This document shows positions 17,881 through 27,496 of a stretch of 64,000 nt of DNA, piece by piece. How positions within the stretch are numbered: the first letter of the stretch is position 1; each line of letters starts with the position of its first letter. The position numbers and the translations under genes are program-made. The notes under the pieces were generated by a model that saw only the letters and a program-made list of their open reading frames with translations, had not been told where the DNA came from and did no database searches. The stretch is from Fibrobacteria bacterium (GTDB lineage Bacteria > Fibrobacterota > Fibrobacteria > UBA11236): NCBI GenBank assembly GCA_043732185.1, contig JAYTHY010000059.1:28962-92961 (forward strand), given 5' to 3'.

Positions 17881-19371
17881 TCAGAATCCTAGGTTGGTTT
17901 GAGCTGTTGGTAAAGTCAACTTTTTAATCCAAACCTTGCGGAAGCGCACGTCTCTGCCCTCGCTTTGCAGCTTAAGTCCATACAAGCTTGGGTCCAAATG
18001 CTCTTCTCCACTATGGTTTGCAAGTCCAGATGCTCCAGCCCCTAGCAGTTGGTTATTGTGTACCAGCGTACCGTTCCACCAAACCGTCATGTAAGGAGCA
18101 GTGGTCATGGTTGACCCAGTAAATCGTGCGCTTCGATACGTGATATCAAATGCCTGCCAAGTACCATTGGCCTTATTCTGATTCGCTGTTGGCGTGAACT
18201 GATCGACAATTGCACCCATATCATGTGTGCCGGGGATACTGGTAGAAGTCGTCGACCAGGATTGGATCTGAATTTCATATCGGCTGGCTATGTACACCCC
18301 ACTGTTGATGTAACCGGGCTGTCCTGCGGCAAATGGATCGGTGGCGTTGGCGTTTGGATTCACAGGGTCATATGCAGGCGTGTCATATGCGCCCATGCCG
18401 ATAAATTCCACGTGGATCTGAGCATCTTGAAAAAGACCTACAGTCGCTTGAATATCGTCATAGCCCCAGTTGGTATTGCAACAGCTTTGCAAGGCAACGT
18501 GGTTGGTATCGCTTAGGAATTGGGGATCCCGAGCGATGCGAAACATGATGGGGGAAGGTGTAGAAAATCGCGGCCAGTCCTTCCATTTGAGTTGCAATTC
18601 AGCGGTTGCGTCTGTCCTACCTTGCGAGCCGTCGAATAGCGTGGTGGTTCCCCAGGGCATGCGTGCGCCTACACCAATGGTTTGGCGCATTGGATAACCC
18701 AGTACAATATCACCCACGTTCATGGAATCGCTAGTGGCGACCGCCGAACCTGGATTGAGTCCGGATTGGGAAACATTTACAATGCCTGCCACTAACCTGG
18801 CTGTGACCTTTCGTGTTTTCGGAAGAAAGGCAGCAGTGGATAGGAGGATGGGATTTTTCTGATGCAGGACCTTAAAGCAATAAGTTTCTGATTCGCTGTG
18901 CACGGCAACGAATCCAAGAAAAAGTCTATTCATTTCTGGTGAAATGTTCAAATCCTGCCAGCCCACTCGAGTGAATTTATACTTGAGAGTGGAAAGTGTT
19001 TTTCCCTGCGTGTTGAAAAAAGTTACCGTAACGATTTGCGGAGACTTTTTTGTGGCAAACCGAAAATGTCCTGCCGAAAGATAGGGTGGGGAAAAATGGA
19101 TCAGAGAAGTAGAATCCATTGCGAGAGCGGTAACCGGGCCGCTAAGGGTGAAAAATCCTTGGGCATCGGTCGTAGTTATAATTGTAGCTGTAGCTGCGGG
19201 CATTCCGTCATTCCATTTTACAGTAGCACCCGGTACGGGTTCACGATTGATGCTATCTATCACACGACCGGTTATATGTATCGGCTGACTTTGGATCTGT
19301 ATCGGTACCAATAAAAGGACAAAGGCAGTGATCGTGAAAATGGATAATTGTGAAAAGGAAAATGCAGGCAT
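17881..19371 (-). CDS. Secreted protein: carboxypeptidase-regulatory-like domain + DUF1080 (3-keto-disaccharide hydrolase-like) domain
   Basis: GGAGGAG SD at ATG 19371; signal peptide; ITGRVID...PVPGATV...TTDAQGFF; TLFDG, NSGVY...YEIQI, WQAFDITY, VWWNG, LQSEG..VRFRKVWIK. Confidence 0.8.
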   Translation of the reverse strand: MPAFSFSQLSIFTITAFVLLLVPIQIQSQPIHITGRVIDSINREPVPGATVKWNDGMPAATATIITTTDAQGFFTLSGPVTALAMDSTSLIHFSPPYLSAGHFRFATKKSPQIVTVTFFNTQGKTLSTLKYKFTRVGWQDLNISPEMNRLFLGFVAVHSESETYCFKVLHQKNPILLSTAAFLPKTRKVTARLVAGIVNVSQSGLNPGSAVATSDSMNVGDIVLGYPMRQTIGVGARMPWGTTTLFDGSQGRTDATAELQLKWKDWPRFSTPSPIMFRIARDPQFLSDTNHVALQSCCNTNWGYDDIQATVGLFQDAQIHVEFIGMGAYDTPAYDPVNPNANATDPFAAGQPGYINSGVYIASRYEIQIQSWSTTSTSIPGTHDMGAIVDQFTPTANQNKANGTWQAFDITYRSARFTGSTMTTAPYMTVWWNGTLVHNNQLLGAGASGLANHSGEEHLDPSLYGLKLQSEGRDVRFRKVWIKKLTLPTAQTNLGF

Positions 19372-19467
19372 AAACAACTCCTCCAAAAATCCGGTACTCG
19401 TCCTAGACTAAAAAAGTAACCCAATAGGCACTTTGGGATGAATCCATCAGTATGGAAGATCCACAGG

Positions 19468-20178
19468 TTAGCCGTATTTTTTCCGGTAATCGAATGGCCT
19501 AATGCGAAGGTGGCTGTAGAATCGCTTGGTAAAATAGCTCTGATCGGAATAGCCGCATTGGATCGCAATCTGCCCAATGCTTAAGTCGGTGTGGAGCAAC
19601 AGCCCGCAGGCCGCGCGAATTCTAATTCGATTTAGATATTTGAGTGGCGTTTCGCGCAAGATTTTGCGAAACTTTCTTTCAAAATGAACGATGGATAGGC
19701 CGGCGATTTTTGCCAAACCGACGACAGTTAAATGTTCACTGTATTTGCGATGAATGTGATCAATAGCTCGGTCCATTCCATGAAGCGGATTTTTTGCATC
19801 TTGCACCGGAAGGATTCGGCGTGTAATGCCTGCCGTCCCAATGATTTGGGCTTTTCCATCGCGCAGCGGTGTTTTAGTAGTAGCGTACCAATTTAAACTT
19901 TGGTCTTTTTCCTGCACCAATTCCATTTTTTCCGGCATTGTAGCGTTGGCATGGAGCACTGCCTTATCGTCTTGCATATAGTCGCGGGCTAGGTGACCGG
20001 GTGAAATATCCAAGTCCGTCTTCCCTTGCATTTCAGTAAATGATTTCATGCCAAAATGATTGAGAAAGGCTTTGTTCGCGGCCAGGAATCGACCCTCTTT
20101 ATCCTTAATCCAGAACTGAACATCAGCAAGATTCTCAAACAATCCGGCCAGATCCGCTAGATTTCCAAGGTCGGACAT
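19468..20178 (-). CDS. PAS-domain AraC-family transcriptional regulator
   Basis: PAS_4 FWIKDKEGRF..AN..GKTD; HTH region with IAIQCGYSDQSYFTKRF. Confidence 0.92.
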   Translation of the reverse strand: MSDLGNLADLAGLFENLADVQFWIKDKEGRFLAANKAFLNHFGMKSFTEMQGKTDLDISPGHLARDYMQDDKAVLHANATMPEKMELVQEKDQSLNWYATTKTPLRDGKAQIIGTAGITRRILPVQDAKNPLHGMDRAIDHIHRKYSEHLTVVGLAKIAGLSIVHFERKFRKILRETPLKYLNRIRIRAACGLLLHTDLSIGQIAIQCGYSDQSYFTKRFYSHLRIRPFDYRKKYG

Positions 20179-20263
20179 TCTTCGGTTCCTATGGCTTAGT
20201 TAGGGTAGACATTTATGGTTAAATAGTACCAATTTCAACTGCACCTTGCCCACTTCTCTTATT

Positions 20264-21202
20264 TCACACCAATCGGTTTCTAGGATGGAAACTTTTGTGA
20301 ACTTCCTGTAAGTAAGCGGCATCCAAATGGGTATAGATCTGTGTGGTGCTGATATCAGCATGACCCAACATTTCCTGCACGGAGCGCAAATCGGCGCCGG
20401 CATCGATAAGATGGGTGGCAAAAGAATGGCGAAAAGTATGCGGAGACACGGGCGTTTTAATGTCAGCAGTTTCGCATATGGCACGGACGATTTTCCATGC
20501 GCCCATGCGCGAAAGTGGTTTTCCAAATCGATTAAGTAGAAGCGTGTCGGAGGTGGTTCGCGAGGCATCCCTCTCCAATTGCAAATAATTTTTCAGGGTC
20601 TGGGCCACTTTTGAACCAAGGGGAACCATGCGCTGTTTGCTGCCTTTACCTTGGACTAAGACAATTCCATCTTGAGTCTTTACCTGATCCAGTTTTAAAC
20701 CAATCGCTTCCGATATCCTTAAACCCAATCCATACAACAGTTCCACCATACAAAGGTTGCGCCACGATCCCTTGGCCTCCAGTTTTACGGAATGCTCCAA
20801 GGAGGCGTAGAGTGATTCGATTTCCGCTCTGGTGAGGCTCGCCGGTTTGTATTTCTGTTGCCGCGGCCCTTCCAGGCCTACCGTGGGATCAATGACAAGA
20901 AGGTCTTCATCGGCTAGAAAAGTGGCGTAGCTTTTTAGCGTCGAAATATATCGGGAAATACTGGTGGCTGCAAATCCCAGATCGATCAGACTCTGGATGA
21001 ACGCCCTCAGATTATTGAGATTCAGGTCATCGGGAATCAAATCCCTGTCCATATTTTTCCGGGCATGCCGCACAAATAAATTTAAATCAGAACGATAGGC
21101 GGAAACAGTTTCTGGGCTTAATCGCCTTTCCAATTGCAGATGGGCTAAATAGCCCTCCTCGTAGGGAATGATAGGTTTGTAATTGGCTAGACCTTCTCGC
21201 AT
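20264..21202 (-). CDS. xerD: Tyrosine recombinase XerD
   Basis: ERRLSPETVSAYRSDL, LLYGLGLRISE, GKGSKQRMVP, SPHTFRHSFATHL, VQEMLGHADISTTQIYTH, HKSFHPR. Confidence 0.92.
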   Translation of the reverse strand: MREGLANYKPIIPYEEGYLAHLQLERRLSPETVSAYRSDLNLFVRHARKNMDRDLIPDDLNLNNLRAFIQSLIDLGFAATSISRYISTLKSYATFLADEDLLVIDPTVGLEGPRQQKYKPASLTRAEIESLYASLEHSVKLEAKGSWRNLCMVELLYGLGLRISEAIGLKLDQVKTQDGIVLVQGKGSKQRMVPLGSKVAQTLKNYLQLERDASRTTSDTLLLNRFGKPLSRMGAWKIVRAICETADIKTPVSPHTFRHSFATHLIDAGADLRSVQEMLGHADISTTQIYTHLDAAYLQEVHKSFHPRNRLV

Positions 21203-21222
21203 GGGATCCTGAAGCTAAACAA

Positions 21223-21251
21223 TTGAAAAAATATTCCAATGGTGTTAATTT
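21223..21251 (+). promoter_or_regulatory. sigma70-type promoter of tRNA-Lys
   Basis: TTGAAA-17 bp-TAATTT with TGn extended -10. Confidence 0.6.
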
Positions 21252-21261
21252 AGACCCCTTC

Positions 21262-21334
<73 letters not shown>

Positions 21335-21366
21335 AAAAAACCTCAACTTCGGTTGGGGTTTTTTTG
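21335..21366 (+). terminator. Intrinsic, probably bidirectional, terminator
   Basis: AAAAAACCTCAAC-TTCG-GTTGGGGTTTTTTT. Confidence 0.85.
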
Positions 21367-21390
21367 TTTTGTCGATTTCACCCCAGGCTG

Positions 21391-22164
21391 TTAGAGGAAT
21401 AGGTTGCCTTGCTGGCTTTCCGGCCTTGGATCGGCCGGTTTTTTTTCCACCTCGACAATTTCCATTCTTTCCTCATGGAGTGGTCTACACAGCTGTAAAG
21501 CTTCCTCCGGAGTGGTTTTCGGGTCCAACCAGCGCAAGGCTTCCTGTTCAGTCAATATTAAGGGAATGCGTTCATGCCATATCCCCTCGATTTTGGCATT
21601 TCCGCGGCTGCTCATGGTAATAATGGAGCAAGAATCGAGTCTTTCTGCATTACGCACCCAGGTGTCATAAACGGCTCCTAAATAATAGGTCCCGTCCAAT
21701 TGGACCTTGTACTCTTTGCCTTTGAATTCCGGGGGTGCGCCATCCATATTCGGGCGCTCCTTAAACGCATGGCTTGGCAGAACACATCGCAAGCCTTCCT
21801 GCCAAGGTTTCTTGAAAGAGGCCAATGAGCGAATTGTTTCGACACGGGCATTGTAGGAGTCAAAGCCCCACGACTTACCGGTTAAGGGATTTTTGGAACG
21901 GGAATTTTTCTTTTTAAGGACTTGGGTAAGGGATAGTGTCGGTTCGCCAATAAGAAAATCACGTGGCACCAAATCCCAGCGAAAGGGCCGAGTTTGGAAG
22001 CGATGATCCTGGAAAAGTACCGCGCCAACCGTGTCTTTGGCATAGTGAAAGCCATCCTTGCGAATGACGATTTTCCCCTCGCGTTCCAGTCGGAAAAATT
22101 CGGCGCGATCTACCCAATCAGTGCCCCCTTCCGTTCCTTGGACTGGATAAAACCCATAACACAT
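21391..22164 (-). CDS. SOS response-associated peptidase family protein (SRAP/YedK/HMCES; abasic-site protection)
   Basis: Cys2 (MCYGF), RWDLVP, YNARVETI, RCVLP..AFKE, SCSIIT, HERIPLIL..W. Confidence 0.85.
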   Translation of the reverse strand: MCYGFYPVQGTEGGTDWVDRAEFFRLEREGKIVIRKDGFHYAKDTVGAVLFQDHRFQTRPFRWDLVPRDFLIGEPTLSLTQVLKKKNSRSKNPLTGKSWGFDSYNARVETIRSLASFKKPWQEGLRCVLPSHAFKERPNMDGAPPEFKGKEYKVQLDGTYYLGAVYDTWVRNAERLDSCSIITMSSRGNAKIEGIWHERIPLILTEQEALRWLDPKTTPEEALQLCRPLHEERMEIVEVEKKPADPRPESQQGNLFL

Positions 22165-22178
22165 AGGGGTAATCTAAG

Positions 22179-22391
22179 TCACTGCATGACCCGTTTCAAC
22201 AGCTCAACCCGGTCAAAGGTGAGCTTTAGGGTTTCCTGGGCTTCGCCAACACTTTGAAAATGCTTTCCAGATTCAGGATGGACTTGGCCTCCATAAAATG
22301 GCATAACCAGACTTCGCTTGCCGGGAGACCAAGCAAGAACAAGAGTTAATTCCAACCCATCTTTTCTAACAAGCAAGTGGTCTTGAATCAT
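22179..22391 (-). CDS. Small hypothetical protein (70 aa)
   Basis: Fills the gap directly upstream of SRAP; TATACT 6 nt before ATG. Confidence 0.5.
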   Translation of the reverse strand: MIQDHLLVRKDGLELTLVLAWSPGKRSLVMPFYGGQVHPESGKHFQSVGEAQETLKLTFDRVELLKRVMQ

Positions 22392-22585
22392 GGTTCAAGT
22401 ATAGCCCCTGGCAATCAGGAACTTCTAGTTTTTGGCCATTATGGCAAGGTAGCTTGCCGAATTTATACACGCTATTTAGATGTTTTTGTGCTTGATTCAA
22501 CCTTGGCAACGGCGCCTATGCGGACCCTAAAAATGGACATGGGGCGTTTAAACTACTTTTTTCAGATTAGAAGAGGATTACCATC

Positions 22586-24325
22586 ATGAAAATCGAAATG
22601 TTCTTCAGAAAAAACTTTTGGTTCATTCCAAGTTTTTTGTTGGTGGTTTTCCTGGGTCGAAGCGAGGCCGCTTTCAGTTATCCGGGTTGCGCTGATTTGG
22701 TGGCAGCGGATTTCAAAGATGTGGTGTTGGTAAATACTGCCAAGGATCCCAGCTTATCTGAACCCGTGGGCATGAGCATCGGAAAGGATGGGCGGGTCTT
22801 TTTTACGGAGCGTGGAACTGGAGTCATGAAAATGATCGATCTGGACGGCTCCATCAAGAAAATGGGCACCTTTGCGGTGTATAATCAAAATGAATTGGGT
22901 TTACGATTTGTTATCCCGGACCCCAATTTTGCGACGAATCGGTGGCTCTTTTTTATGTGGGCTCCGACTACTCCAAAAGTGAATCGTCTTTCGCGTGTCC
23001 ATGTCAATCCAGATTGGACTTTGGATATGGCTACAGTCAAAACCATTTTGGATATGCCGTGGAGCTATGAAATCTGCTGTCATCAAGGTGGTGCGTTGGC
23101 ATGGGATGCTTTTGGTAATCTATTTGTATCAGCAGGCAATAACAAAACCAATTCCGACCAGTTTTCTGTGACCGATGAACGCACATTTGTTTCCGACAAT
23201 CAGGCCGGCTCAGCAAATACCATGGACTTCAGGGGAAAAATTCTCCGGATCAAGCCTATTTACTTTCCAGATTCCGCCTCACCGACTTTCGGTGTCGGCA
23301 GAACATATTCCATTCCATCCGGGAATCTCCGTGAATTTTATACGGCCTCTGGTTATTATGGGGCTGCCGATCAGTCTAAAATTTTACCTGAACTGTATAC
23401 CATGGGCCATCGCAATCCCTATACCATCAATGTGGATCCATATACGGGCTGGTTATCCTGGGGAGATATTGGCCCAGATGCAGGGAGTGTGCAAGCAGAT
23501 CGGGGACCGGCCGGCAATGATGAATTCAACCTAGTCAAAGCGCCGGGATTCATGGGCTGGCCCTATTTTGTGGGGGCCAACCAGGCATATGTCAAATGGG
23601 ATTATGTCAATGATAAGAGCTTAAATGTGAAATGGGACGTAAACAGTCCAATGAATACGTCACCCTTAAATACGGGCGTACAAAAACTCCCTCCGGCACA
23701 TGGAGCCATACTGCCGGAAAGCAAACAACCAAACTTTACACCCCTGTTACCCCAAGGCGGGGGAACGTGTGCCATATCGGGTCCCGTGTACCGTTATGAC
23801 GGAAGCAATCCTTCCACCATTAAGCTCCCTCCGCATTTTAACGGGAAATGGATTGTCGGTGAATTTTCTAAAAACTGGTTGAAGGTTGCGAGTGTCGATA
23901 CGGGGCTAACAAGAGTTACGGATCTTCAGGATTTTCCGACCGCTATTCCAGGTCAAAATTCCATGCTTGGCCTACAACTAGGTCCCGATGGCGCATTGTA
24001 CTATCTCAATTATGCGGGCTGGTTCAATTCCAGCACCTCGACAAAGATTGGACGATTGGAATATGTCGGCAAGTGTTTACCGTCTACACCCGTTCCTGTG
24101 TTGCCGACGGCCATTCAACCTCCCGCGGTCAAAAGGGGAATGGTAATGCCTTTAACCTCTGGTAATGCGTTGACCTTACCACGAGGTTATAGCAACGTGG
24201 AGTTGTACACCCTTTCGGGTAAGCGGGTTTTTCAGGGGACAATAAAAACCGATGCGCAAGAGCGCACTATAGACCTGCCTGCAAATTTGAAATTGGGACT
24301 CTTACATGCGCGGTATCTGCGCTGA
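22586..24325 (+). CDS. Secreted PQQ-dependent glucose/sorbosone dehydrogenase-family protein with T9SS-type C-terminal domain
   Basis: GAGGA SD, signal peptide, CCHQGG, RGKILRI, MGHRNPY, DEFN..GWPY, GPDGALY; C-terminal LYTLSGKRV. Confidence 0.85.
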   Translation: MKIEMFFRKNFWFIPSFLLVVFLGRSEAAFSYPGCADLVAADFKDVVLVNTAKDPSLSEPVGMSIGKDGRVFFTERGTGVMKMIDLDGSIKKMGTFAVYNQNELGLRFVIPDPNFATNRWLFFMWAPTTPKVNRLSRVHVNPDWTLDMATVKTILDMPWSYEICCHQGGALAWDAFGNLFVSAGNNKTNSDQFSVTDERTFVSDNQAGSANTMDFRGKILRIKPIYFPDSASPTFGVGRTYSIPSGNLREFYTASGYYGAADQSKILPELYTMGHRNPYTINVDPYTGWLSWGDIGPDAGSVQADRGPAGNDEFNLVKAPGFMGWPYFVGANQAYVKWDYVNDKSLNVKWDVNSPMNTSPLNTGVQKLPPAHGAILPESKQPNFTPLLPQGGGTCAISGPVYRYDGSNPSTIKLPPHFNGKWIVGEFSKNWLKVASVDTGLTRVTDLQDFPTAIPGQNSMLGLQLGPDGALYYLNYAGWFNSSTSTKIGRLEYVGKCLPSTPVPVLPTAIQPPAVKRGMVMPLTSGNALTLPRGYSNVELYTLSGKRVFQGTIKTDAQERTIDLPANLKLGLLHARYLR

Positions 24326-24374
24326 TGGAATTGTGCGCGCTTAATGCGTCACAAGTACACCTAAAGGTTGGCGG

Positions 24375-26273
24375 CTATTCAAGGTACGTATAGCCGTATA
24401 GGCCAGACCGATAGATTGCTAAAAACTCCCGGCCTTCTTGCTGGGTAATTTTGCCCTCTTTGACGGAAGCGGACACCCACGCTTCCATGGTTCGAACCAA
24501 GTTTTTGTCGCTGAACTGGACATAATCCAGTACATCGGCAACCGACTCCCCGTCGATAACCTGATCAATGCTATAGCCTTCCTTGCCTCTACACGTTATA
24601 TGCACCGCATTCGTATCGCCGAACAGATTGTGCAAGTCGCCGAGAATCTCTTGATAGGCCCCGACCAAATAAACACCAAGGTAATAGGGCTCGTCCGGTT
24701 TAAGTGCGTGCACGGGCATGCTGCGGGCCATTTCACCTTGGCCGATAAAGTGATCGATCTTTCCATCGGAGTCGCAAGTGATATCCTGCAAGGTTGCGGA
24801 TTGGGTTGGTTCTTCATCGAGTCTCTGCAAAGGCAACACTGGAAAAATCTGGTCAAAGGCCCAGGAATCCGGCAGGGATTGGAATAGTGAAAAGTTGCAG
24901 AAATATTTTTCCGTCAATAATTTTGCGATGCCGGTCAATTCCGTAGGAAAGTGTTTCATTTCCCGTGCTTGACGATCAACCTTTTGAGCCAATGACCAGA
25001 AAAGTCGCTCAGCCATAGCCCGCGTTTTGAGATCGATAATTCCGAGATTAAATCGCTCGAGCACTTCTTCGCGGAGTTGTACGGCATCATGCCACGTTTC
25101 CAGCATATTGTTATGCCCAAGGTTTTTATAAAGGGTGTGCATCTCACGCAAGGTTTCATGGTCTTTGTCGCCGATGACATGCGCCTGATCGTCCCAGAAT
25201 GGCGGTTTGCCCACTTCCAAAACATTAAAAACCAAAATGGAATGATGAGCTGTCAGGGCCCGACCGGATTCTGCGATGATGTTGGGGTGGGGTAGATTGT
25301 GCTTATCGGACACTTGGCAAATAGTGTAGATGACGTCGTTGGCATATTCCTGGATGGTGTAGTTGACGCTGCTATTACCTGTGGAGCGGGTACCATCGTA
25401 GTCGACACCAAGTCCGCCGCCAATATCGACGAAATCGATTTTGAAACCCATCATCTGGATCTGAGCAAAGAATTGGGCAATCTCCCGCAAGCCGGATTTG
25501 ATTTTTCGAATGTTGGTAATCTGGCTGCCGAGATGAAAATGGATCAGCTTGATGCAATGGTCGATGCCTTCCGCCTTCGCGAAATCGAGCGCCTCTAGCA
25601 GTTCAGAAGAATTCAGCCCAAACTTGCTTTGGTCGCCACCGGACTCTTCCCATTTGCCGCTTCCGCTACTGGCCAGCTTCACGCGGATTCCGATATTAGG
25701 GGAAATCCCCAACCGAGTCGCCAGGTTTTTGATAAGCCTGAGCTCGTTCAGCTTTTCCACTACGACGAAAATCTTTTTGCCCATTTTCTGCGCTAGCATA
25801 GCTAGCTCAATGAACTCCTCATCCTTGTACCCATTACAGATAATCAGGGATTCCGGGTTGTCCATGATGGCGAGTACGGCATGCAGCTCTGGCTTGGAAC
25901 CTGCTTCCAGGCCGATGTTGAACTTTTTGCCATGGCGAACGATTTCTTCCAACACTGGGCGCTGTTGGTTCACCTTGATAGGGTACACGTTGTAGTACTT
26001 GCCCTTATAGCCATATTCCTTGGAGGCGGTGTCGAAGCATTGGGAAATTTTTTCGATTCGATCGTCGAGAATATCCGGAAAGCGCAGGAGCACAGGCAGG
26101 GCGATGTCTCGAAAGGTCAATTCGTCCACGATCTCTTTTAAGTCGATCTGGAACCCTTTTTCCCTTTGGGGACTGACGGTTGCATGGCCTTTTTCGTTTA
26201 CTCCGAAATAGCCGATTCCCCAACCATTAATGTTGTATAACTCGCTTGAATCCTCAATCCGCCACTTGCGCAT
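24375..26273 (-). CDS. speA: Biosynthetic arginine decarboxylase
   Basis: YPIKVNQ, GLEAGSKPEL, HFHLGSQI, DIGGGLGVDYDG, NFSLFQSLPDSW, CDSDGKID, GAYQEILGDLHNLFGD. Confidence 0.98.
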   Translation of the reverse strand: MRKWRIEDSSELYNINGWGIGYFGVNEKGHATVSPQREKGFQIDLKEIVDELTFRDIALPVLLRFPDILDDRIEKISQCFDTASKEYGYKGKYYNVYPIKVNQQRPVLEEIVRHGKKFNIGLEAGSKPELHAVLAIMDNPESLIICNGYKDEEFIELAMLAQKMGKKIFVVVEKLNELRLIKNLATRLGISPNIGIRVKLASSGSGKWEESGGDQSKFGLNSSELLEALDFAKAEGIDHCIKLIHFHLGSQITNIRKIKSGLREIAQFFAQIQMMGFKIDFVDIGGGLGVDYDGTRSTGNSSVNYTIQEYANDVIYTICQVSDKHNLPHPNIIAESGRALTAHHSILVFNVLEVGKPPFWDDQAHVIGDKDHETLREMHTLYKNLGHNNMLETWHDAVQLREEVLERFNLGIIDLKTRAMAERLFWSLAQKVDRQAREMKHFPTELTGIAKLLTEKYFCNFSLFQSLPDSWAFDQIFPVLPLQRLDEEPTQSATLQDITCDSDGKIDHFIGQGEMARSMPVHALKPDEPYYLGVYLVGAYQEILGDLHNLFGDTNAVHITCRGKEGYSIDQVIDGESVADVLDYVQFSDKNLVRTMEAWVSASVKEGKITQQEGREFLAIYRSGLYGYTYLE

Positions 26274-26394
26274 CGCGTTCCTATCACCATAATTGTGTAG
26301 GACAGCAACTTAATAATTTTCCGTGGAATCGGCCCAAAAACAAAGCGCAAGCAGGGCCTTTCTATGCGCACCCTTTGCTGTTTTCGCATTCTGT

Positions 26395-27411
26395 TCAGGG
26401 CCACTGTAGCTGAACTGACACCTGATAAATGGAAGAACCCAAGTCGTGGTGACGGAAGGCGTAATGCACGGATGCCCACCGGTAGGCAAGAGACGCTCCG
26501 GCGCTCAAATAGTCGTCATCCACTCCGGCCCTGAGAAAAAGCAAATCATGAAATCCCCATTCCATCCCCGTAGCCGGATATTTCCCCTGTTCTGATTTCT
26601 GCGTAAATCCGATTGCCAAAGTACTGTTCCAGCGGGGAAAGCCTTCCTCCCAACTACCCGAAAAATGCCAACGACGGGAAAGGTCTTCATATACCGATAC
26701 ATTGCTGAATTCACTTTTTTGTTTAGTAGGTAGCAGTTCAAATCCGCTGGCCTGAAAGTTTATATTCCGGTCGGAAAGGTGAGTAATGGGATCGTAGCCC
26801 CACATAAACTTTACGGCCATACCCGCATCAACATTTAAGTTTTGCGATAGGTAATCGCCGCCTTCCAATTCCTCATAAAAGTATTTTGTTGTTATGCCCA
26901 TGCTCACTTGTACCGGGATGGGCCGACTGGAAATATCGATGCGAGGGAATTCCAAATCGTATTTCCGCATAAAATTAATATTGGTCATGTAGACCATATC
27001 CTGCATCTGCGGGCAGCCAGTACATGGAAGCGGCCGAAAACTGGGGTCGTTCAAGCGATCCTCGCGCGTGCCTCTAAGTAGCGGCAGTAAGGAAATATCA
27101 GATGTGGCGACGGTCTGACCGAATATGTTAATCAGCGTACGCGGGTCCAGGGCGTAGGTAAATGCCCCATTTAAACTTTGGCTCAAACCTCCAAACATGG
27201 GCAATGTGGCCATTTCCAGTCGAAAAAGTTTGGTATCGCCAAAATCTCCCGGATACTCTAGGTATTGCGTCGCAGTATAAAGTCGAGAGGGTAAAGACCC
27301 GGAAGTGCCATTGTTGCTCACGCTTGAGCCCAATAGATAGGCTTCCCCGCTAAAATCTTCAGCGTGGATGGCAGTAGCGGCCAGAAGGATTAAGCTAAAT
27401 CGCAATACCAC
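26395..27411 (-). CDS. Outer-membrane beta-barrel, PorV/PorQ (UPF0164)-like
   Basis: GTG 27411 with GGAG SD and signal peptide; C-terminal GMEW..LLFLRAG..LSAGASL..HYAF..DLG..QVSVQLQW. Confidence 0.5.
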   Translation of the reverse strand: MVLRFSLILLAATAIHAEDFSGEAYLLGSSVSNNGTSGSLPSRLYTATQYLEYPGDFGDTKLFRLEMATLPMFGGLSQSLNGAFTYALDPRTLINIFGQTVATSDISLLPLLRGTREDRLNDPSFRPLPCTGCPQMQDMVYMTNINFMRKYDLEFPRIDISSRPIPVQVSMGITTKYFYEELEGGDYLSQNLNVDAGMAVKFMWGYDPITHLSDRNINFQASGFELLPTKQKSEFSNVSVYEDLSRRWHFSGSWEEGFPRWNSTLAIGFTQKSEQGKYPATGMEWGFHDLLFLRAGVDDDYLSAGASLAYRWASVHYAFRHHDLGSSIYQVSVQLQWP

Positions 27412-27496
27412 GTACCCGGGCTCCGTTCGGAAGCGGATGGGAATAAAATGCACGGTCTGCACTTGATTCCCGTGCATACATGCACGTGGAAAGATT

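Noticed and set aside
21391..22585. LexA box upstream of the SRAP gene
   Set aside because: No match to the Fibrobacter-type TGCNC-N4-GTGCA or other LexA palindromes seen
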